DNA from: an uncultured Actinomycetes bacterium
Lineage (GTDB): Bacteria > Actinomycetota > Acidimicrobiia > IMCC26256 > BP-133
Assembly: GCA_963789165.1 (NCBI GenBank)
Contig: CAWBJP010000001.1
Span: 272,096 to 296,095, forward strand
Reading direction: 5' to 3'
Length of the DNA: 24,000 nt
Below, one piece after another: positions 17,270 to 24,000 of this stretch. The notes under the pieces were generated by a model. It made no database searches and was not told the DNA's origin. It saw only the letters and a program-made list of their open reading frames with translations. Each line of letters starts with the position of its first letter. Within the stretch, counting starts at the first letter, position 1. A program made the translations under genes and the position numbers.

Positions 17270-19449
17270 TTACCTGGCGTCGAACTGGGCGAAACCGGGT
17301 TGGGTCTTGAGGTTCACCTTGGTGAAGTCGCCACCCACGTAGAGGTGGCGGGCGCCGACGGTGGCCACGTAGGGGCCTTGCGGCGTGTTGGCCTCGGGGT
17401 CCCAGGCGTCCAGCTTTCCGGTGGCGGCGGCGAAAGCGGACAGGTGGCGCCGGCCCGGTGCCCTCGGGGCAGGCCTGATAGCAGCTGGAGCTCTTCGGGA
17501 CGATGTTGTCGTAGTGGCCGATCAGGTAGAGCATCGACCCGGTGGCCACCACGTCGACGTTGTCGCCGTCGGTCTTCACCTCCCAAACCCGGGTGGTCGA
17601 ACCGCCCGGGTCGAACCGCCACAGGCGCCCGCCCTTCCCGCCCGTGGCCGTGTAGAGCGTGCGGCCGTCGGCGGGTGAGATGGCCAGGGCGAAGACGGGC
17701 CGGTCGGTCTCCGCCTGCCAGGCGGTGGGCCGGCCGTCGGCCGCGTCGAGACTGAGGATCCCGTCCCGGCCCCCGAAGTGGAGGAAGTCGCCGGCTACGT
17801 GCACGGTGCGGCCGTCGGCGGAGACGGCGATGTCGTGGACGAGGCCGTCGGTGCCGTCTTCGAGGGCGACGCCCTCGTGTCCGAAGTAGCGGCCGCCGGT
17901 GTTGGCCGGCGGGACCCAGTCCCGCACCAGGGCTCCGCTGGTGGCATCGAAGGCGGCCACCTGGGGTCGGCTGTGATCCCCGGCGCCGGGCCGGCCGGCG
18001 GGCACGGTGATGACGGTGAAGTTGCCGCCGGCGTAGAGGCGGTTGCCGGCGAGGGCCATGGTCCGGACCCCGGAGTTGAGCCGGGGCAGGTCGAACGACG
18101 GGTCGAGGGCGCCCGTGGCCAGATCGAGGGCGGCCAGGTTGCGCGCCGCGCCCCCGCCGATGGCGTTGAAGTCGCCGCCCACGTAGAGGCGCCGGCCGTC
18201 GGCCGATACGGCCAGGGCCCGCACCGAGCCCGTCGGCGGTCGGGTTCCAGGGCAGGAGCTTGCCGGTGGCGGCGTCGATGGCGGCCAGGAAGGACCGGGG
18301 CGTGACCGGGCCCCCCGACGGGGGCACGAAGCCGGTGAAGTCGCCGCCGAGGTAGACGACACCGCCCCTCTCGACCATGGCCAGGACCCGGCCGGCCTTG
18401 TCCGGTTCGCCCGGGCTGGTGCCCCAGGTGACGTTGGCCGAGGTAGAGAACCGCTCGGGCCCGCCGCCGGGCACGCCCATCGGGGTGATCGGGTTCGTCG
18501 TCGAACCCGGGCCGGCGGCGCCGCCCGCCGGAGCCGACCCGGCGTCCGGCGGACCGGGGCGGGCCAGGCCGACCAGCGGACGGTTCAGGCCGCTCGGCCG
18601 GCCGAGATCGGCGGCGTCGCCGAAGGCCAGCAGCTCGCCGGTGGCACTGGCCTGCCAGTAGCCCTTCCCGCTGGCCGAGGGGACCAGGGCCACGACCGCC
18701 CGGGGGGCGCCGGGAGGAGCCGCCCGCTCGGGCCCGGAGCCGAAGAACCCGGCGTCGCCAAAGGTGAACACGCCGCCGTCGGATGCCACCATCCAGTAGC
18801 CGGCGCTGGTGGAAGTGGCGGCCATGCCCACGATGGGCTGCGCCAACCGGAGGGCCCCCGTCGAACCGAAGAACCGGGCGTCGCCGAAGGTGAAGACGCC
18901 CCCGTCGGAGGCCACCAGCCAGTAGCCCCGGCCGTTGGGGGCGGAGGCCATCCCCACGATGGGCTTGTTCAGCGTCATGGCTCCGGTCGAGCCATAGAAG
19001 GCGGCGTCGCCGAAGGTGAAGATGCCGCCATCCGAAGCGGCCAGCCAGTAGCCCCGGCCGCTGGGGGTGGCGGCCATCCCGACGATGGGCTTGTTCAGCC
19101 TCATGGCTCCGGTCGAGCCGTAGAAGGCGGCGTCGCCGAAGGTGAAGATGCCCCCGTCCGAGGCCACCAGCCAGTAGCCCCGCCCCGTTGGGGTGGGGGC
19201 CATGCCCACGATCGGCTGGTTGAGCCGGAGCGAGCCCGTCGAGCCGAAGAAGGCGGCGTCGCCGTAGGAGAAGATGCCGCCGTCGGTGGCCACCATCCAG
19301 TAGCCACCGACGGGCGGGGCCGCCTGGGCCCGGGGGGTAGTCGGGCCGAGCGGGACCAGGAGGGCGGCGAGGAGGGTCGCGACGACGAAAGCGGGGACGA
19401 TGGCTGGACGGTGCCGCTGCACCGCCCGAGTCCGGGCGAGGAGAGACAT
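17270..19449 (-). pseudogene. Secreted protein with a signal peptide, six ~42-aa GYW..SDGG.F.FGDA.F.GS repeats, and a second beta-propeller-like domain with LYVGGDF repeats; two frameshifts as assembled (about 18240 and 17454-17456)
   Basis: The signal is MSLLARTRAVQRHRPAIVPAFVVATLLAALLVPLGPTTPRAQA. The repeats are listed below. The C-terminal half is recovered by switching to the 17217-18362 frame (SVRALAVSADGRRLYVGGDFNAIGG...) and then to a third frame (GRRHLSAFAAATGKLDAWDPEANTPQGPYVATVGARHLYVGGDFTKVNLKTQPGFAQFDAR*), which has its stop at 17270-17272. Both shifts fall at GG/GGG runs. Confidence 0.75.
18568..19308 (-). repeat. Tandem 126-bp (42-codon) coding repeats, five good copies plus one degenerate
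   Basis: GYW recurs at ORF residues 66, 108, 150, 192 and 234, then 280. At the DNA level GCGGCGTCGCCGAAGGTGAAGATGCC recurs exactly 126 nt apart (for example 19001 and 19127). The central copies are near-identical. Confidence 0.75.
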
Positions 19450-19496
19450 ACCGCCAGTTACTGCTCGCCGGGGGCTATTTCCTGTCCTGTCGCTCA

Positions 19497-19518
19497 AACG
19501 TCATACCGGCTTGACGTT
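19497..19518 (-). terminator. Small hairpin 3 nt downstream of the gltX stop; weak candidate terminator
   Basis: AACGTCA-N8-TGACGTT (7-bp stem) is followed on the transcript by UUUGAG. It sits in an unusually AT-richer 70-nt spacer. Confidence 0.35.
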
Positions 19519-19521
19519 CGC

Positions 19522-20956
19522 TTAAGCCACCAGCGTCCTTGCGGCCCGTACCCGGTCCAAGGCCCGGTCCCGGCCCAGGAGCACGATGGAGTCGAACAGG
19601 GGCAACCCGGCGTGGCTGCCCTCCACCGCGGCGTAGACGGCGGGCAGCACCTGGCGGGGCTTGACCTCGAGACGGGCGAGGACGGGGCGCAGGTCGACGC
19701 CCTCGGGGGTCCACTCGCACGTCTCCAGATGCTCGGCCACGGCGTCGAGCACTTCGGCCACCCGCTCCGTCCTGACCAACCTTTCGAGCGACTCGGGGGC
19801 GATGGCGAACTCGTCGTCGGCCACGAACAGGAAGGCCGTCATGTCGGCCAGCTCGGCCAGGGTCGAGGCCCGTTCCCGGGCCAGGGGGACGGCCCGGGCG
19901 AAGGTCTCCTCGTCGAGGCGTTCTCCGAAGCGCCGGCGGGCGAAGGGCAACGCCCGCTCGACCAGCGCGGGGACGGGGAGTGCCCGGATGTACTCCCCGT
20001 TCATCCAATTGAGCTTGTCGTAGTCGAAGAAGGCGGCGGAGCGGGTGACCCGGTCGAGGTCGAAGGCGGCCACCATCTCGTCGGTGGAGAACAGCTCGCT
20101 CCCCTCCTCCACGCCGGCAGAATCCGAGGAGGAAGAGATAGTTGCGCAACGCCTCGGGGAGGTAACCCCGCTCGGCGAAATCCTCCAGGGCGACGGCGCC
20201 GTGACGCTTGGACAGCTTGCCCCGGTCGGCGCCGACCAGCAGCGGGAGGTGGGCGAACACCGGCCGGCCGGGCACCCCGAGCGCCTCCCGCAGGGCCAGC
20301 ACCCGGTGCGTGGAGTCGATGAGATCCTCGCCCCGGATCACGTGGGTGATGCCCATGTCGGCGTCGTCCACCGCATTGGCCAGGAAGAAGACCGGCGCGC
20401 CGGAGGAGCGCACGATGACGAAGTCGCTGATCCGCGACCACTCGACCGTCACCTCACCCCGGACGGCATCCTCGAAACGGCTCACCCCGACGTCGGGGGT
20501 CCGGAACCGGATCGAGCGGGGTCGCCCCTCGGCCGCCCGAGCCGCCCGCTCCTCCGCCGTCAGGTCCCGGCAGTGCCCGTCGTAACCCGGGTCGCCGCCG
20601 GCCGCCCGGGCCGCCTCCGATCGGGCCGCCAGCTCCTCTTCGGTGCAGGAGCACTCGTAGGCGGCTCCCTGCGCCAGCAACTGCCCCGCCGCTTCCCGGT
20701 AACGGTCGAGACGTTCGCTCTGGCGATGGGGCCCTTCGTCCCAGTCGAGGCCCAGCCAGCGCAAGGTGGACTGGATGCCCTCCACCCACTCTTCCCGGGA
20801 ACGGTCCAGGTCGGTGTCCTCGATGCGCAGCACCAGGGTGCCGTGGTGGTGGCGGGCGTAGAGCCAGTTGAACAGGGCGGTCCGGGTACCTCCGACGTGG
20901 AGGAAGCCCGTCGGGGCCGGAGCGAACCGGACCCGCACCCCCGGGCTCGGAGTCAT
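19522..20956 (-). pseudogene. gltX: Glutamyl-tRNA synthetase, single frameshift as assembled near 20118-20124
   Basis: The N-terminal part has VRVRFAPAPTGFLHVGGTRTALFNWLYAR...LRIEDTDLDRS...and KLSKRHG (HIGH-like and KMSKS-like motifs), ending ...EALRNYLFLLGF. The C-terminal part continues one frame over as ...AGVEEGSELFSTDEMVAAFDLDRVTRSAAFFDYDKLNWMNGEYIR... to the stop at 19522. The ATG at 20956 overlaps the upstream stop. Confidence 0.9.
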
Positions 20957-21501
20957 TCGTGCGGCGAGGAGAGGGCCGAGACCCCGACCCCGAGCAGCTG
21001 GCGCCAGTTGCCCAGGGCGGCGCGCACGTCTTCGCCGGGCTTGAGCCGCAGCGTCGCGTCGGGCACGCCGTCGACCAGCCCCCGCCGGCGGGAGTAGTCG
21101 TGATCGGCGCCGGCCACCGTGAGCCGGCGCCACTCCGCCAGCTCGGGGGTTCCTCCCCCTAGCCAGCCGAAGAGGCTGAAGGCCAGCGCCAGGTCTTCGG
21201 TCACCGGCGCCCGGCCGAAGAGGGAGGCCCGGCGCATGGCCAGCTCGGCGGCAACCGTCATGGCGTCGTGCTCCGTCTCCGGGGGAACGATCTCCAGCCG
21301 GCCGTGGAAGCGCCCGGCCAGGGTCAGGGCGTAGCCGGAGTCAGGCCCGGGATTGCCGAACAGCCGCCCCGGAGGGCACAGCGGCTCTCCGGGGGGAAGG
21401 TCACCGGGTCGCAGGGCCCGCCATCCCTTGGGGGGAGGGATCCGCACCGACTCGCGGGGAGCGTCCTCGGCCTGGGTGGGAACGAAGGGGTCGACGGCCA
21501 C
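20953..21501 (-). CDS. Hypothetical protein (182 aa)
   Basis: High-GC3 ORF packed between the cimA stop (3-nt gap) and the gltX start (4-nt overlap). I recognise no family. Confidence 0.6.
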   Translation of the reverse strand: MAVDPFVPTQAEDAPRESVRIPPPKGWRALRPGDLPPGEPLCPPGRLFGNPGPDSGYALTLAGRFHGRLEIVPPETEHDAMTVAAELAMRRASLFGRAPVTEDLALAFSLFGWLGGGTPELAEWRRLTVAGADHDYSRRRGLVDGVPDATLRLKPGEDVRAALGNWRQLLGVGVSALSSPHE

Positions 21502-21504
21502 GCC

Positions 21505-23112
21505 TCAGTCGCCTCCGTTGGCGTTGGTGCCGGTCTCGGCTTGGAGGAGGCCGTAGACGATGGAATCGGACAGGGCTGCCCAGGAGGCCTCGATGATGTT
21601 CTCGGAGACGCCGATGGTGCTCCAGGAGCGCTCACCGTCGGCCGAGTCGAGCAACACCCGGGTGACCGCCCCGGTGCCTTTGTGGGTGTCGAGGACCCGC
21701 ACCTTGTAGTCGGTCAGATGGATGCCGGCCAGGGCCGGGTGGGCCTGGCCGATGGCCTGGCGCAGGGCCTGGTCGAGGGCATGGACGGGACCGTTGCCCT
21801 CGGCCGTGGCGATGATCCGCTCGCCCCGGGCGTGGAGCTTGATGGTGGCCTCGGTGGACACCGCGCCGTTGGCCTGCTTCTCCATGGTCACCCGGAAGCT
21901 CTCCAGGCGGAAGAACTCCTGCTCCCAGCCCGCCGCCCCCCGCAGCAACAGCTCGAAGGAGCCGTCGGCGGCCTCGAAGTGGTAGCCCACGTGCTCCAGG
22001 GTCTTGAGCGTCTCGAGCACATCGGTGAGCTGGGCGTCGGAGAGGTCGACACCCAACTCCGCCGCCTTGAGGGCCACGGTGGACTTCCCCGCCAGCTCGG
22101 AGACCACGAAGCGGGTCAGGTTGCCGATGGTGTCGGGCGGGACGTGCTCGTAGGCGTCGGGAGCCCGCACGATGGCCGAGGTGTGCAGCCCGGCCTTGTG
22201 GGTGAAGGCGGAGGTGCCGACGTAAGGCGACTGGGGATCGAGGGTGAGGTTCACGATCTCGGCGATGTGGTGGGCCACGGGGGTGAGCAGCGCCAGGCGA
22301 TCGGGCGGCAGGGTCTCGACCCCCATCTTCAGGGCCAGGTTGGGGATGATCGTGCACAGGTTGGCGTTGCCCGTCCGCTCGCCGTAGCCGTTGATGCAGC
22401 CCTGGACCTGGACGACGCCCTGGCGCACGGCGGCCAGGGCGTTGGCCACGGCGCAGCCGGCGTCGTTGTGGAAGTGGACCCCGAGCTTGGCTTCGGGCAG
22501 GGCGGCCCGGACCTCGGAGATGATCCATTCCACCTCCTGGGGCAGGGTGCCGCCGTTGGTGTCGCACAGCACCAGCCGGGATGCACCCGCTTCGAAAGCG
22601 GCCCGGATCACCCGCAGGGCGAACGCCGGGTTGCCCTTGAACCCGTCGAAGAAATGCTCGGCGTCGAGGAACACCTCGAGGCCGGCGGCCCGGAGGAACT
22701 CGACCGAGTCGGCGGCCATGGCCACGGCCTCGTCCTCGGTCGTCCGCAGCGCCTCCCGGACGTGGTAGTCCCACGACTTGGCCACGATGCACACCGTGCT
22801 GGTGCCCGCCTTGACCAGGTTGCGCAGGACATCGTCATCGTCGGCGTTGGCGCCGGCCCGGCGCGTGGAGCCGAAAGCCACCAGCTGCGAGTGCTCCAGC
22901 CGCAGCTCCGAAGGCGCCCGGGCGAAGAACTCCTCGTCCTTGGGGTTGGCGCCGGGCCAGCCGCCCTCGATGTAGTCCACCCCGAGGTGGTCGAGCTGCT
23001 CCGCCACCCGCAGCTTGTCGTGCACGGTGAGGGAGAGACCCTCGCGCTGGGACCCGTCCCGCAGGGTGGTGTCGTAGATCTCGACCCTTGCGGGTCTCTC
23101 AGGCGCGGACAT
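21505..23112 (-). CDS. cimA: Citramalate synthase / 2-isopropylmalate synthase family (CimA-type)
   Basis: VEIYDTTLRDGSQREGLSLTVHDKLRVAEQLDHLGVDYIEGGWPGANPKDEEFF, HFHNDAGCAVANALAAV, and a LeuA-dimer-type C-terminal regulatory domain. I chose the start at the ATG at 23112 (MSAPERPARVEIYD), 8 nt after the ilvE stop, rather than the ORF-track 23145. Confidence 0.8.
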   Translation of the reverse strand: MSAPERPARVEIYDTTLRDGSQREGLSLTVHDKLRVAEQLDHLGVDYIEGGWPGANPKDEEFFARAPSELRLEHSQLVAFGSTRRAGANADDDDVLRNLVKAGTSTVCIVAKSWDYHVREALRTTEDEAVAMAADSVEFLRAAGLEVFLDAEHFFDGFKGNPAFALRVIRAAFEAGASRLVLCDTNGGTLPQEVEWIISEVRAALPEAKLGVHFHNDAGCAVANALAAVRQGVVQVQGCINGYGERTGNANLCTIIPNLALKMGVETLPPDRLALLTPVAHHIAEIVNLTLDPQSPYVGTSAFTHKAGLHTSAIVRAPDAYEHVPPDTIGNLTRFVVSELAGKSTVALKAAELGVDLSDAQLTDVLETLKTLEHVGYHFEAADGSFELLLRGAAGWEQEFFRLESFRVTMEKQANGAVSTEATIKLHARGERIIATAEGNGPVHALDQALRQAIGQAHPALAGIHLTDYKVRVLDTHKGTGAVTRVLLDSADGERSWSTIGVSENIIEASWAALSDSIVYGLLQAETGTNANGGD

Positions 23113-24000
23113 ACTCCAACCATCCCTTGTAGGCCTCGACCTCACCCCGGATGGCGGCGAAGTACGTCTCCTGGATCTTGCGGGTCATCTCGCCGGGCTC
23201 GCCGATCATGCGGTCGTCGACCGAGCGGATGGGGACCACCTCGGCGGCGGTACCGGTGAGGAACGCCTCGTCGGCGGTGTAGAGGTCGCTGCGCAGCAGG
23301 TTCTCCTCCACCACCTCGTAGCCGAGGTCGCGGGCGATGATCCACACCGAATCGCGGGTGATCCCGTCGAGGGCGCCGGCGGCCAGGGGCGGGGTGATGA
23401 TCCGCCCGCCCTTGACGATGAAGATGTTCTCCCCCGTGCACTCCGACACGTAGCCCTGGGTGTTGAGGAGGATGGCCTCGTCGTAGCCGGACTTGAGAGC
23501 CTCTACCTTGGCCAGGGAGGAGTTGACGTACAGCCCGGTGACCTTGGCCGCCGGCGGGATCATGTTGGGGTCCTGGCGGCGCCAGGAGGAGACCTTCATC
23601 CGCACGCCGTGCCGGATGCCCTCCTCGCCCAGGTACGTGCCCCACGGCCACACCGCCACCGACACGTTGACCGTGCAGGGCAGCGGGTTGAGGCCCATCT
23701 CGCCGTAACCGAGGTAGACGAGGGGGCGGATGTAGCACGCCTCGACGTTGTTGACCCGCACCGTCTCCTTGACCGCCTCGACGATCTGCTCGACGGAGAA
23801 GGGCACCTCGATCATCAGCATCGAGGCGGAGTCGAACAGCCGGCGGATGTGGTCGGTGAGGCGGAACACGGCGGGGCCGTCGGCGGTGGCGTAGGCGCGC
23901 ACGCCCTCGAAGACACCCGAGCCGTAGTGGAGGGTGTGGGTGAGGACGTGGATCTTGGCGTCGTCCCAATCGACGAGCGTCCCGTCCATCCAGATCTTGT
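23099..24000 (-). CDS. ilvE: Branched-chain amino acid aminotransferase, 5' end beyond the window
   Basis: HVLTHTLHYGSGVFEGVRAY, EACYIRPLVYLGYGEMGLNP, GENIFIVKGGRIITPP and LTGTAAEVVPIRSVD. The frame stays open upstream of the listed Met (reads ...KIWMDG at the window edge), so the true start lies outside. Confidence 0.9.
   Translation of the reverse strand, partial: KIWMDGTLVDWDDAKIHVLTHTLHYGSGVFEGVRAYATADGPAVFRLTDHIRRLFDSASMLMIEVPFSVEQIVEAVKETVRVNNVEACYIRPLVYLGYGEMGLNPLPCTVNVSVAVWPWGTYLGEEGIRHGVRMKVSSWRRQDPNMIPPAAKVTGLYVNSSLAKVEALKSGYDEAILLNTQGYVSECTGENIFIVKGGRIITPPLAAGALDGITRDSVWIIARDLGYEVVEENLLRSDLYTADEAFLTGTAAEVVPIRSVDDRMIGEPGEMTRKIQETYFAAIRGEVEAYKGWLEYVRA

Noticed and set aside
18568-19308. 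A regular tandem repeat array that could be mistaken for a CRISPR or satellite.
   Set aside because: The period is 126 bp with no unique spacers, and it lies entirely within a coding frame encoding 42-aa protein repeats.
21268-23259. 663-aa plus-strand ORF.
   Set aside because: It is an antisense shadow of cimA and the ilvE 3' end, with a low-complexity G/V/P/H-rich translation.

Overview
Very GC-rich, actinobacterial-type chromosomal segment with strongly GC3-skewed codon usage, read by eye with the ORF track. Three blocks stand out. (1) 1-3.4 kb is an accessory flank next to the 3' end of tRNA-Glu(CUC). It holds an AbiEi/AbiEii type IV toxin-antitoxin pair with a frameshifted toxin, and a heavily decayed IS481-family element bracketed by a 14-bp direct repeat. 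(2) 3.4-16.5 kb lies between tRNA-Glu and tRNA-Gln(CUG). It contains two divergent small ORFs; a di-haem cytochrome c peroxidase/MauG-family gene; a YceI-family gene; a membrane-anchored hypothetical; and a BldC-like regulator. It also contains the most interesting locus in the window. That locus is a minus-strand operon encoding a 50-aa double-glycine-leader micro-peptide; a 324-aa protein with a degenerate parvulin-like C-terminus; and a 1037-aa peptidase-C39 ABC exporter (PCAT) with two N-terminal cyclic-nucleotide-binding domains. The operon is divergently paired with a class III nucleotidyl cyclase-STAND(P-loop)-TPR gene. An intact IS200/IS605 element (tnpA+tnpB) sits in the shared control region and appears to have inserted after TTCAA inside codon 4 of the cyclase gene. 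A 20-bp palindrome TGTGTS-N8-GACACA occurs in exactly two places, both in divergent promoter regions next to the small-peptide genes. (3) 16.5-24 kb is a housekeeping block on the minus strand: ilvE (partial), cimA-like, a hypothetical, gltX, a secreted repeat/beta-propeller protein and a DUF218/YdcF-like protein. Caveat: at least a dozen single-nucleotide frame disruptions interrupt otherwise well-conserved genes, including essential gltX, and several fall at short G/C homopolymers. This points to assembly indel errors rather than true decay, so all pseudogene calls here are provisional.
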